A stretch of DNA of 64,000 nt. Source: a virus. The notes under the pieces are model-generated. The model ran no database searches and was not told the origin of the DNA. It saw nothing but the letters and a program-made list of their open reading frames with translations. The stretch lies in IMG/VR virus record IMGVR_UViG_3300020051_000004; one strand, written 5' to 3'. Every line of letters begins with the position of its first letter. Position 1 is the first letter of the stretch. This document shows, in pieces, positions 30,153-39,599 of the stretch. Position numbers and translations under genes: made by a program.

Positions 30153-30785
30153 TTAAATATTTTCTCCGTCGTCGTATCGACTTGGGTTAGTTTTGGGGTA
30201 CGATTTTACTACAGGGTAGGATAGTTTGTCAAGCATTATTTTCTTGCTTCTTTTGTCGCCGCAGAGAAAAAAGTATCGGTGTTTAGGCTCAGGTTTCAGG
30301 GTTTGGATTTTGTTTTGTTTTGCCCACTGTTTTAAATTTGTAACGCCGAATCTGTCTCTCACCGTCATGGGATGAAGTCGCTCGCCATTTACCAAGTAAG
30401 AGTGGTCGTGAGATTTTGTAGCGCCTGTGTAGAGCCAATTTGTAGCTTGATACACGAACCCGCAGTGATTCCATTCGCTATCAGCGTAAGATACAACGGC
30501 GCACGGTTTTTCGAGCATTTTAAGAGAGTTGCCGATTAAAAAGCTTGCGGCGTTCTTTTCTTTTGTTTGAATGACTAAGCGGCTCAACTCAAATAGGCGA
30601 AAATCTCTATCTTTGAATGCGTGTTTTTGAATTGGTGGCGAAGGTTGCCCATAAACAACGACACCTTCGAGTTTGCTGTTAATCTCTAAACCAAAACCCG
30701 CCCAAAAAATGGACGGGCGGCGCGAATAATGTTTTTTAGAAACCCAAAGGTCGGCGGTTTGTTTGGTGACTGGTACTACCTTCAT
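30153..30785 (-). CDS. mom: Mom-like DNA modification enzyme (GNAT fold)
   Basis: KKHYS, GVVVYG, ELSRL, ASFLI, VSYAD...H.G.VYQATNWLYTG and KHRY motifs of the Mu Mom family. Confidence 0.8.
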   Translation of the reverse strand: MKVVPVTKQTADLWVSKKHYSRRPSIFWAGFGLEINSKLEGVVVYGQPSPPIQKHAFKDRDFRLFELSRLVIQTKEKNAASFLIGNSLKMLEKPCAVVSYADSEWNHCGFVYQATNWLYTGATKSHDHSYLVNGERLHPMTVRDRFGVTNLKQWAKQNKIQTLKPEPKHRYFFLCGDKRSKKIMLDKLSYPVVKSYPKTNPSRYDDGENI

Positions 30786-30794
30786 ATTTTTACT

Positions 30795-31148
30795 CTAGGC
30801 CATCCACAACCCATCGTCAACAGTTAAAACTAAATTCAAACCTAGAAACTCCTTCCGCCGATACGAATCTCCGCCCAAATACAAGGCAGTAGTTTCAGTT
30901 GTTAAGCGGCTGTCTAAAGATATAATATCTTGAATCTTTTTACTAGCTCTTGGGCCAGCAAATAGAGTTGTTGGTTGATAAAAGTTTTTAAGGAGAGAGC
31001 TTTTTGCGTTAATGGTTAAGTCGATGATTGATTTGTCTTCGTATCCTTCTTCCCAATATCCAAATGGAAAAGACAAGTATTTATAGCGGCGAAAATAAAT
31101 TTGCGGCCAAGGTTGGTTAGGTTCTAGGATAGTCATGTCAAATCTCAA
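30795..31148 (-). CDS. Hypothetical protein
   Basis: ORF in operon; start may be 31136. Confidence 0.5.
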   Translation of the reverse strand: MRFDMTILEPNQPWPQIYFRRYKYLSFPFGYWEEGYEDKSIIDLTINAKSSLLKNFYQPTTLFAGPRASKKIQDIISLDSRLTTETTALYLGGDSYRRKEFLGLNLVLTVDDGLWMA

Positions 31149-31788
31149 TCTCGTAAATCATTTTTTGAAACACATCTCTTGTGTACCGACAGTCATTTAA
31201 CGAATCATGATGGAGGTTTCTATCATATGGAAAGCCGTAATGCTTAACCATGGATTCCAGCGTAGCTTTTAAACCCCTCTCCCTATGATGCATAAACCTC
31301 ATTTGCCAACAAAGCAGGTCATTATGGTCAACGGTTTTATTTCCCTTTTGAATAGCAACAGACAATGCTCTAGTGTCGATCACTCGATTAATGAATGACC
31401 AGTCTGTAGGCAATCCTATATTGCGTCGCCAGTTGTTGAGGATGTAGTTGTCGAAGTTTAAAATATTTTGCCCAACAATCAATACTGACGGATCATAAAA
31501 ATACTGCGCGAATTCATCCCAAACTTCTTTAGGGTCGCGGGCATTTTGTTCATAGTTATAACGGTCAAAGCGGGTTATTTTGGCCGCTTCTTCGGAGATA
31601 TTTAAGTCAGGCCACCAGATCTCGCGCTGTTTTTCTAGCAGAGTGTTCTTGCCTTGACAAAGGATAAATCCGCTTTGCCATGGTCTATTTTTGTGGATAG
31701 AAGAATCGCCTAATGAGAGATTTTCGGTCTCGCAGTCCCAGAAGAGAATCTTCTGATCAAGTTTGAATCTCAGTAAATTATTGTTCAT
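31138..31788 (-). CDS. DEDDh 3'-5' exonuclease (Pol III epsilon-like)
   Basis: ExoI WDCETE, ExoII GQNILNFD, IDT and ExoIII HDSLND. Confidence 0.88.
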   Translation of the reverse strand: MNNNLLRFKLDQKILFWDCETENLSLGDSSIHKNRPWQSGFILCQGKNTLLEKQREIWWPDLNISEEAAKITRFDRYNYEQNARDPKEVWDEFAQYFYDPSVLIVGQNILNFDNYILNNWRRNIGLPTDWSFINRVIDTRALSVAIQKGNKTVDHNDLLCWQMRFMHHRERGLKATLESMVKHYGFPYDRNLHHDSLNDCRYTRDVFQKMIYEIEI

Positions 31789-32698
31789 AGATAGAAGCTA
31801 TTTTTTCAAACTTTCTGCTCAAAAAGTGTGTTGATTTAAACCCTCCAAGATAGAAAAAGTTTATAAAATCTTGATTATTTGTTGGCGAAAGCCACATGGA
31901 GATATAATAAGTCTGTTTTGTCCTTTTGTCAAGACGTGGATTTGAAACTTTCAATCCCGCTTCGACCAAAATTTCCCTGTACTTGTTTAGAAAACTGAGA
32001 TTCCCAAGCAGAGTGAAATGTCCACCTTTCCCTCTTTTACTAAAACCTCCATCTCCATCAAAATACCCATGCATAAATGCGCTCAAAAAGTTAGTGGGAA
32101 CTTTATCAAAAATAGACGCATTTAAATTTAAAGATTTATTAGGAAGAATCCCAAGGGAGTTCAAATCATTAAAAATTTCTTTTCTCGCTATAATTAGCTT
32201 TGGCCCAGTTTTATCCTCATGTATTTTTCCGCTATAGCATACAGCCTTTGCAAATAAAATAAGATGACACCTATCTTTTTCAGCCAATCCTATTTGAAGT
32301 CTATTTCTGTAAACATTTCCGTCTGCCGCGATAAAGCCCAGCCAATATGCTTTTTCTGGCGTATTTATTTCCTTGAAATAGGTTGCATCTAAATCAAGTT
32401 TGTCGATTTTCATTTCGGTATTTGACCTTCCGCCTCCGTGTTTTGCAAGAATTTTACCTATTGAAGATCGCCCAATAGATATTTCTTTACGAATCTGTTT
32501 AATGGTCTTTTTTTCTTCAAAGTATAGCTTTACCACTGTAGATTCTTGTTGCTCTGTAATTTTTTGGTTCCTAGAGAAACCGTTAGCGCTTGCCGCCTGA
32601 TAAATTTGATTTTTGGTTTTCTGGTATTTTTCACAGAAATATTCTATTGGAACGGAACCGTAATTATTTTTTAGATCTTCTAAGAGGACGCTTTGCAT
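31778..32698 (-). CDS. LAGLIDADG homing endonuclease with N-terminal HTH
   Basis: AYWLGFIAADG and AFMHGYFDGDG motifs. Confidence 0.9.
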   Translation of the reverse strand: MQSVLLEDLKNNYGSVPIEYFCEKYQKTKNQIYQAASANGFSRNQKITEQQESTVVKLYFEEKKTIKQIRKEISIGRSSIGKILAKHGGGRSNTEMKIDKLDLDATYFKEINTPEKAYWLGFIAADGNVYRNRLQIGLAEKDRCHLILFAKAVCYSGKIHEDKTGPKLIIARKEIFNDLNSLGILPNKSLNLNASIFDKVPTNFLSAFMHGYFDGDGGFSKRGKGGHFTLLGNLSFLNKYREILVEAGLKVSNPRLDKRTKQTYYISMWLSPTNNQDFINFFYLGGFKSTHFLSRKFEKIASIYEQ

Positions 32699-32784
32699 AG
32701 TAATTATACTATGCAGATGGAGACGAATAATCTATACCTTTATAAGGAATTTTTGGTAGTTTTTAAAGCGTAGTAGTTGGTCGG

Positions 32785-33144
32785 TCATTGTTTTCTAAGA
32801 AGGTCTTCTAGTTTATCCCATTCTTTGCATAGGGAAATTCTTTCTTTTTCAATTTGCTTTAATCTTCTGTCGATTACGTCTATTTTTAAAGGGGCCGCAA
32901 AAAGTTTTGCCGCTTTCTTTGTTGGAAAAATATGCGCGGTTGGAAATTGAATTGCCCCATCGTAAGAACATGTTAAAAGACAGTGTTTTCCATTCGGACC
33001 ATTAAAGTCAAACCAGCCGTCGAATGTTTCCTGCCACGTTAGTTCATGAGCGTTGGAATAAAACTTAACTGGCACGATCCAAATTTTATCGCCCCTTTTA
33101 AGTTTTTCTAGGAAGCGTTGTCGGGGTGTTTTTGATTTTTGCAT
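32785..33144 (-). CDS. Hypothetical protein
   Basis: ATG 33144 preferred to limit overlap with the upstream ORF. Confidence 0.5.
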   Translation of the reverse strand: MQKSKTPRQRFLEKLKRGDKIWIVPVKFYSNAHELTWQETFDGWFDFNGPNGKHCLLTCSYDGAIQFPTAHIFPTKKAAKLFAAPLKIDVIDRRLKQIEKERISLCKEWDKLEDLLRKQ

Positions 33145-33298
33145 AGAGTTGCCAGTTTTCTTCGTCTTCGTTGTAGAAATCGCAGTGAATTTTTGCTCGC
33201 CAGTAGTCGGAAAACTCGTATTCCTTACCAGTGGTTTCTTTGCGGGCGATGAAGTATTCGATTTCATAGGGGAGATTAAGGAGTTCGTCTGTTGTCAT
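33098..33298 (-). CDS. Hypothetical protein
   Basis: 66 aa acidic ORF. Confidence 0.45.
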   Translation of the reverse strand: MTTDELLNLPYEIEYFIARKETTGKEYEFSDYWRAKIHCDFYNEDEENWQLYAKIKNTPTTLPRKT

Positions 33299-33430
33299 AA
33301 AATTTTTCCGTTAGGACATAAGATACGCACATTGTTTCCATCGTCAAGGAAAGAACATAAACTTTTTGCTAAATTTATCGCATCTTCCAAGTTATCTGCT
33401 ACGTCGGTGCATGGAAACCACATCCCATAT

Positions 33431-34180
33431 TCAAAAATTTGAATTTTCCATAAGGCTCTCCCAACTGAATTCATCGCTCGACATATCCTCCAATTCAGGT
33501 TTGTCCAATGTTTGGTTTTTTCCGCCGATTCGACCAGTTACTATGCGATACGTTACATACGAGTCGTAATCACCCTTATTTCGATAATAAATTGTCTTGG
33601 CCTCTTGAGTCGGCCAATTATTTTGCGCGGCCAATTTTAATGTTTTGGCGCGGAGATTTTCGTCAAAAGGTAAGCTGTTGCTCTCCAAGAAAAGAGTCGG
33701 CGTTGCAAAACTTAAATCAGGAACACAAGTTTGAAAATAAAAAGAATTTCGATGCGTGAAAGAATCATAAAATGGCACGGCTAAAGATAAATCCGCCGAC
33801 CATTTTTCTTTTAAAGTGTCGCAATCCAAGAAACCTTCCGACTCTGTAAAAGCCAGCGAATAGAGCTTCATTAAAAGTTTCGCGCCGTTGTCGTTTTTAG
33901 CGAATACGATTAATTTATGGGCCGAAGTTTTTTTGTCTTCCGCCATTCTATCGTTACAAACGTTGAACCGAATGCCAAAAATTAGTTGAATGCCAAGCTC
34001 TTTTGAACGGTCAAGTGCCGTTTTAAAACCTGTGAACTCGTCTTCTACTAGGACGATTTGTTTTAGGTTGTGGTCCTTGGCGATAGAGAAAATTGAATCG
34101 GGGCCACTGTTTGGTGGCGCTGGTTTCTCAAGAGTAAGAATACTTTTGCGGGAATAGGTGGATTTGAAGAGTGGAATCAT
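33431..34180 (-). CDS. Stand-alone PHP domain of DNA polymerase III alpha
   Basis: STYS..SIL, LVED..TG, GIQLIFG, HKLIVFAKNDNG.K.L.KL.S.A match the DnaE N-terminal PHP. Metal-binding histidines largely lost. Confidence 0.85.
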   Translation of the reverse strand: MIPLFKSTYSRKSILTLEKPAPPNSGPDSIFSIAKDHNLKQIVLVEDEFTGFKTALDRSKELGIQLIFGIRFNVCNDRMAEDKKTSAHKLIVFAKNDNGAKLLMKLYSLAFTESEGFLDCDTLKEKWSADLSLAVPFYDSFTHRNSFYFQTCVPDLSFATPTLFLESNSLPFDENLRAKTLKLAAQNNWPTQEAKTIYYRNKGDYDSYVTYRIVTGRIGGKNQTLDKPELEDMSSDEFSWESLMENSNF

Positions 34181-34181
34181 G

Positions 34182-35267
34182 TTAATTTCGTCTTTGGAAG
34201 GCAGGACAACCCCCATAAAATTTTTCTGTCCATGAAAATAGCTCAATTGGATACTTTGTCAAGAATTTTTCTCGTTCATCAATAAAGCAAGACGCGACCC
34301 AGTTGTTGTCTTTTTCAATGTAGTAGTAGGGGAAGGCGAACTTCGCTTCGCAGGCAAACATCAACGATCCATCTTTTTTAAGTTGCCCTGGATATGTTGC
34401 TCTTCCACAGAGCAAGGCGCACGAAAAAGAATCATCTGTAGGCATTCCTTGATCAGCGGCGAAGTTTTCTTTAGCCGCTTTTTCATCAAACGACTCCAAG
34501 TATTGCTGGTAGTCTTCTAGCTCGTAATCAAAGCCTTTAACGTCCTCTTCTGTGAATACAACAGTGATTCGTCCGCCGCCATTGTGGACTTGTTTTTTGG
34601 TAGCCTTACCACGGTATTCTCCAGCTAGCCATTCCGACTCTAAAGAGCAGTCAAATTTCAAGAAAAGAAACTCACAAGAGATAGTCTTAACGGGTGGAAT
34701 AATCCCAGCATCAGACATTTTTCTCACGGCCTTAGCATAGAAATTGGCCTGCAATGGATCGGAAACATCTTCGCCACGATAGCATTCTTTTGAAGTTTTG
34801 TAGTCGCGAATTAAAGCGTGGCCATCCTTATAAAGAAACAGTCGGTCAATAAAACCTTTGATCCTGTATCTATCTAGCTCCTCAAATAAAAATTCTTTCT
34901 CAGTAAAAACATGAGTAGGATCACCACGAAGCGTTCCATAAAAGTCATAAGACAACCCATTAAGAGTAAAGTCCTTAATCTTTTGAACGTTCTCTGGCGT
35001 GTCAATTTCCAGTTTGAGCAGCCACTTATAAGTTAAGTGTTTGATTCCTTGGCAAGCAAAAATATCGCGGCGCTTCAGTATTTTTTTTACAACGCTCTTT
35101 CGTCTGTCTATTGCAAGACATTCAAGAATAATGTGGACAATCCCACCGACTTTTGAGCCACTATTTCCTCTACTTGGAATATGAAGTAAGTACGAAGACC
35201 AATACTTCCAACTACAACCTATTGCGGTTTTATCTTTGCTTGCTGATTGAGTGACAGTTAATGGCAT
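34182..35267 (-). CDS. PD-(D/E)XK exonuclease (RecB/AddB/Cas4-like)
   Basis: SAS.....C.WKY, G.IVH.ILE, E, GFIDRL, IRDYKTS, Q..FY and C-terminal cysteines. Confidence 0.85.
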   Translation of the reverse strand: MPLTVTQSASKDKTAIGCSWKYWSSYLLHIPSRGNSGSKVGGIVHIILECLAIDRRKSVVKKILKRRDIFACQGIKHLTYKWLLKLEIDTPENVQKIKDFTLNGLSYDFYGTLRGDPTHVFTEKEFLFEELDRYRIKGFIDRLFLYKDGHALIRDYKTSKECYRGEDVSDPLQANFYAKAVRKMSDAGIIPPVKTISCEFLFLKFDCSLESEWLAGEYRGKATKKQVHNGGGRITVVFTEEDVKGFDYELEDYQQYLESFDEKAAKENFAADQGMPTDDSFSCALLCGRATYPGQLKKDGSLMFACEAKFAFPYYYIEKDNNWVASCFIDEREKFLTKYPIELFSWTEKFYGGCPAFQRRN

Positions 35268-36385
35268 TACAGTTTCTTTAAAAATTTCTCAAGTCCATCT
35301 TTTGAGAAGTGGGGTTTGTTCTTTTGGGTGTATTCATAAATTTCTTTGGGCGGCAAAAATTCTCCGCTGCGATTCCACTTTAAAACGTCAATGCCACTTT
35401 CGTGCATCTCGGAAACGTCATTAAGAATGGGCAACCTAATTGCTAACCTGTCAAGAGAAAAAACACTAGAAAGTTTCGCCATTGTTTTAATGGCGGCGAT
35501 TTTTCCTCTGTTTCCATCTTTTGTGTCTTCCTTGGTTGAGTCGTTGTTGGTGGAGATTATGATTTTCTTTGGATTTTTCTCAAGAAGAAAGGCAAGCATT
35601 TCAGCGGAACAGCCTAGTCCAAAGTTTACCAAGTGATTTTCGCATCCATGTTCCGTTAAAGCTAAAGAGTCTCCAATGCTCTCAACTACCGTGATTTCTC
35701 CCAGTAGGTCGATTTTTTCTCGACATTCTGGCAAATTTGGAAGGTAAAATGGATAAATCCAGCCCTGCTTTTTGCCAATGTGTTTCCACTTAGCAAAAGT
35801 GGATTCTTCTGTCCAATTTGTTGCGCGGCCCGAAAAACCAATTAAATCTTCGCTCTCATCAAAGATTGGAAACACTGTTCGGTTATACATCTGGCCCGAC
35901 ATAGCGAAGCCAGCCTGATATTTCTTCATTGTAGCGGGCGAAATATTCTTGCGCGTATAGAAAAAATAGTTCGGCGCTAATCGGGTTAAACAGTCTTTTT
36001 CGTAAATTCGTGGCATTTCAAGTTGTTTTTTAATTTTAACGGGCGCTTGTATGTTTTTGCCGTTTAGTATTTCTTTGATCTTTTTTGAGTCGGAAATGTG
36101 GTGCTTGAGTAGTTGGCCGAATGAGAATTTTTCGTTGGCCGCATAGTCAATGCAATATCCATTGTTCTTATAAACTTGAAGGCTAGTAGGGTTATCGCCG
36201 CCCCTATAAACTGCCTTTGTTCTAAAAAATTGGCCGCAATCTTGAAGCGGCCCATATCCTAAATCTAGTAAAATCTCCCGAACTCTACCAGCTTCAAACT
36301 CAAAATTGTTTGAGGTCGTAGTATTTTTGGAGAAACTTTTCATTCTTTGCTGCGATTTGAAGGACACATTCTGGGCATAAATCAT
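35267..36385 (-). CDS. dnaG: DNA primase (DnaG-like, TOPRIM)
   Basis: R.VFPIFD....IGFSGR, VVESIGD.L.L, NND and ND.SE motifs. Degenerate Zn-binding domain; start uncertain. Confidence 0.85.
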   Translation of the reverse strand: MIYAQNVSFKSQQRMKSFSKNTTTSNNFEFEAGRVREILLDLGYGPLQDCGQFFRTKAVYRGGDNPTSLQVYKNNGYCIDYAANEKFSFGQLLKHHISDSKKIKEILNGKNIQAPVKIKKQLEMPRIYEKDCLTRLAPNYFFYTRKNISPATMKKYQAGFAMSGQMYNRTVFPIFDESEDLIGFSGRATNWTEESTFAKWKHIGKKQGWIYPFYLPNLPECREKIDLLGEITVVESIGDSLALTEHGCENHLVNFGLGCSAEMLAFLLEKNPKKIIISTNNDSTKEDTKDGNRGKIAAIKTMAKLSSVFSLDRLAIRLPILNDVSEMHESGIDVLKWNRSGEFLPPKEIYEYTQKNKPHFSKDGLEKFLKKL

Positions 36386-36536
36386 GGGTAAAAGCTTGAA
36401 GACGAGTTTCCTTGTGCTCTGTTAGTTTTGCGCTGCCCCAATAAAGGGGGAATTTACTTGAGCCGTCCGTTTGGTGCTCTGCTTCGTACCCGCAATTATC
36501 GCAGATGCATTTGTAGGTTTTGATTTGTCTAAGCAT
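36300..36536 (-). CDS. Small Zn-finger protein
   Basis: CDNCG...DLCPEC. Confidence 0.6.
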   Translation of the reverse strand: MLRQIKTYKCICDNCGYEAEHQTDGSSKFPLYWGSAKLTEHKETRLQAFTHDLCPECVLQIAAKNEKFLQKYYDLKQF

Positions 36537-36978
36537 ATGGTCGAAGCAGGTTAGGGGTTTCGCAAATGTTTCCAATTACCTCTAAACTGTTTTTGCGCAA
36601 CGAATATTTCATATCAAAAAAATCTGTTGAAACGCCGCTATATAAATCTTCTTGAGAACTGCCCGATAGAAGAATCCACCCACCTTTACAGAACAAAACC
36701 TCTAGTGGCTGTTTGTTGTTTCTGCTTAGAACAATGTCTCCCTCGTAAACTTCAGTATCTTTTTTATCTAGAAGTCCAGTGAACTGTTGCACCACATAGT
36801 CGCTTGGTTTATCTGGATGAATGAGCCGAATAAATTTTTCAATTGTTAGGTTTTCATACCGTTTTTCTTCATCTGGAGCGAAAAAAGATTCGCAGTAAGA
36901 AAAAGAAAGGCCGTTGCGGGTTTCAAGGTATTTATCTTCTTTCTTGGAGAAGACGCGGAATTTGATTGTTCTGTTCAT
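36529..36978 (-). CDS. YopX-family protein
   Basis: IKFRVF...QFTGLLDK...EVYEGDIV...EVIGNI.E.P.LL. Confidence 0.9.
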   Translation of the reverse strand: MNRTIKFRVFSKKEDKYLETRNGLSFSYCESFFAPDEEKRYENLTIEKFIRLIHPDKPSDYVVQQFTGLLDKKDTEVYEGDIVLSRNNKQPLEVLFCKGGWILLSGSSQEDLYSGVSTDFFDMKYSLRKNSLEVIGNICETPNLLRPYA

Positions 36979-36992
36979 GTTTTTGTGTTTTT

Positions 36993-37415
36993 TTAGCTTA
37001 AAAGTTCTGGGTTTTCAAAAACATTTCCGATTACAACATAACCGTCAACCATGTTTGGATTTGTCAATGTAGTATATTCAAATAGCGTACCCACTCCATC
37101 AATAACGAAGGCTCCAGACTCGAAACTTATTGAGTTTCCAGTTTTAGTCAATGCTCTTTTATCCCATTTTATAATGTCACCCTCATAGATTTCGCGACCA
37201 GTTTTGTCGGTTAAACCCGTGAATTGTTGAATGATTAAATCGCCGCTTATAATTTTCGCTTGAGCCTCCGAGCATAAAAAATGCCGAATCCCAAATGGGT
37301 CTCCATAAGTTCTAAATGAAACAACTTGATAAGTACCAATCAAATCTGGCAGTTCTCTCCATTGAGAATATTCTTTGTCGTAAAAACGAAATTTAAAAGG
37401 GCGGTGGTTCGTCAT
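36993..37415 (-). CDS. YopX-family protein
   Basis: FKFRFYD...QFTGLTDKTGREIYEGDII...VIGNVFENPELL. Confidence 0.9.
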   Translation of the reverse strand: MTNHRPFKFRFYDKEYSQWRELPDLIGTYQVVSFRTYGDPFGIRHFLCSEAQAKIISGDLIIQQFTGLTDKTGREIYEGDIIKWDKRALTKTGNSISFESGAFVIDGVGTLFEYTTLTNPNMVDGYVVIGNVFENPELLS

Positions 37416-38892
37416 GGTCTGATGTTTGAAGTTTTGGGTTTGTTGATTTGGCTTTTACAATATCGCGTAAGTCGCCCCGCTCTTCAACTGAAAAATTAGA
37501 AAAATCGAGGTTAATAAAGTTTTGAACTAACTCATCTCCGAATTTCACGTATTCCAAGTCTCCAGCTACATCTTCTCCAAGGTGGCGGGCTTTAATTCTA
37601 ATTAATTTATGAGTGCCGAATTGCGGGCCTTCGTTCATAATTTCTTCCATAACCTTCTTGCGAAGAATGAATGCGTGAGAACTATAATGAATAATTCTAT
37701 CGGCCCCAGAGATGATGCTTTCGTCGTCAACAATTTGATTAGCCTTCTTATTGGTTGTTACGCCAGAGCGATTTGCCTGCGCCGAAGTAAAAATACTAAT
37801 CATGGGTTTGCCGTCAAAAACAATCTCTTTCTGGATAAATCTTTTGAGCCTATTCACCAAGTCTCCAAGAACTTGCCACTCAGGGGAATTTGATCCCGCC
37901 GAATCTGGTGGTTTGATATAGTCAAAAGAGATGATCATCTTATTGCCTCTACCAACTTCATTGTAGTAATACCTACGTGCAATATCAATAATATCATCAA
38001 CACCCATTCCAGCAACGCTGTAGTAGATGAACTTGCTGTAGTTCTCTTTGATTTTTTGGATAGCGTCTCTTACTTTTTTGCATGTTTCTGGGTTGTTTCT
38101 CCATTTGCCTTTTTTAATTAAGTAATGGGAGACTCCAGAGAGCGCCGAAATGCGCCGAAGTTGAAGCTCTTCTTTTGACATTTCTCCATTATCAAGATGT
38201 AGAACTGGAATCTTATATTTGTCGCCAACAAAGCAGCATTCGTCTAAGGCTAAGGTTGTTTTGCCAGCAGCGGACCTTGCAACAATAGTTGTTACGTTCC
38301 CTGGTTCATGGAGACTTCCGTAAATGCGATTTAAAATTTCAAACCGCCCAAAGATTTCTTCTTTTTGTTCCTTCCCCATGTTCTCGATAACTTCTTCAAT
38401 GTCATCGTAGATATTTACTGGAAGGTCGCTATCAAGTTCAAAATGGTTGATCTTTTTATTATAAATACCATCAGCAGTTTGAATAATATCAATGAACGAC
38501 GAAGAAGGGTCGATCTTCTCCATAGCCTTGCTTAACTCTTGCCCCGTCTTGGCCAACTCTCTTCTGACGCTGAGCTTTTTCAGCTCTCGGGCAATTTTAA
38601 ACGCGGCCCCATCTTCTGATCCTCTTTTGGACAGACCCAAGACGTATCTTGAAATTGGAAGATCGCCTTTATGATTTAAGTTTAGTTGCTCAATTCTTTG
38701 AGCAACTATGTTTCCATTAATTTCTTCGCCACTTTCGACACTTCTTCTAATTATCGAAATGATTGTAGAATCTGGCATATCATCATCATAAATATCACTC
38801 TCACAGAAGAACGAATTGATCGAAAGCCACTCAGACGGTTTTTTTAAAAGCGCCGTGATTAAATTTTGTTGTAGTGTTGTATCGTAAAGCAT
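37393..38892 (-). CDS. dnaB: Replicative DNA helicase
   Basis: IVARSAAGKT, EMS.EEL..R, FDYI, AQANR and ISGADRI motifs. Confidence 0.92.
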   Translation of the reverse strand: MLYDTTLQQNLITALLKKPSEWLSINSFFCESDIYDDDMPDSTIISIIRRSVESGEEINGNIVAQRIEQLNLNHKGDLPISRYVLGLSKRGSEDGAAFKIARELKKLSVRRELAKTGQELSKAMEKIDPSSSFIDIIQTADGIYNKKINHFELDSDLPVNIYDDIEEVIENMGKEQKEEIFGRFEILNRIYGSLHEPGNVTTIVARSAAGKTTLALDECCFVGDKYKIPVLHLDNGEMSKEELQLRRISALSGVSHYLIKKGKWRNNPETCKKVRDAIQKIKENYSKFIYYSVAGMGVDDIIDIARRYYYNEVGRGNKMIISFDYIKPPDSAGSNSPEWQVLGDLVNRLKRFIQKEIVFDGKPMISIFTSAQANRSGVTTNKKANQIVDDESIISGADRIIHYSSHAFILRKKVMEEIMNEGPQFGTHKLIRIKARHLGEDVAGDLEYVKFGDELVQNFINLDFSNFSVEERGDLRDIVKAKSTNPKLQTSDHDEPPPF

Positions 38893-38894
38893 TT

Positions 38895-39134
38895 TTATTC
38901 CTCGTTCATTTCTTCCATATTTCCCATTATGTCTCGCTCGTTCATTTTTTCGCACCAAGTTTCGACAGTTTTTCTCAAGCCCATCATTGTTGCAGAATCA
39001 ATTTCTCGCGGCACTAATGAACGCGCATTTCCTTCACTGTCAAAGTAAAAAAGAACAAAACCTTTGTATGAGTCCTTTTTACCTGTGAGTTCGTAGATTT
39101 TCTGTAGGAAAGTTTCGGGGATTTGGAATGGCAT
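38895..39134 (-). CDS. Hypothetical protein
   Basis: ORF between nuclease and helicase genes. Confidence 0.6.
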   Translation of the reverse strand: MPFQIPETFLQKIYELTGKKDSYKGFVLFYFDSEGNARSLVPREIDSATMMGLRKTVETWCEKMNERDIMGNMEEMNEE

Positions 39135-39170
39135 AGCTAAGATATTACGCCCAAATGTCCAAAACATTAC

Positions 39171-39599
39171 CTACAATTCAACACCTTGGGAAAGAAAAAG
39201 TTGTTCTATTTCGGCGCGAGTCTTTTTATAAAACTCTTTCTCGGTAAATTCAACAAGCACTATTCCATTTCTTTCGCAGAATTCAATCTTTTCTAGGTCG
39301 CGTTTAACTTGACTAAGAAAATTCATTTTACTGCCGCGATGAAAAAAATCATTGTATTTTGCATGTTGGCCCCCCATCGCCTCAATTACAACTCTCTTAG
39401 TTGCGTTATAAATATCGAATCGACTTCTTGTTCCCACTACAGGAAACTCCTCGAACACAAAATCGGCTTTCCAGTAATCAAAAAGAAAATCCTTCACGGC
39501 CTTTTGAAATTTAGATAAACTTTTGCCCTCCCAGTCGATTAGATACTTGGAGGTTTTTTTAACTGTTTTTTTGCGGCCTTTTGCGTCAAGGAAAGTCAT
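39171..39599 (-). CDS. PD-(D/E)XK endonuclease (DUF559/Vsr-like)
   Basis: EEFPV...FDIY....VIEAMG.QH...RD..K..FCE.NGI.LV. Confidence 0.75.
   Translation of the reverse strand: MTFLDAKGRKKTVKKTSKYLIDWEGKSLSKFQKAVKDFLFDYWKADFVFEEFPVVGTRSRFDIYNATKRVVIEAMGGQHAKYNDFFHRGSKMNFLSQVKRDLEKIEFCERNGIVLVEFTEKEFYKKTRAEIEQLFLSQGVEL

Noticed and set aside
34182-35267. CRISPR-associated Cas4 or a CRISPR array
   Set aside because: No repeat-spacer array or other cas gene seen; the replication context fits a phage exonuclease.
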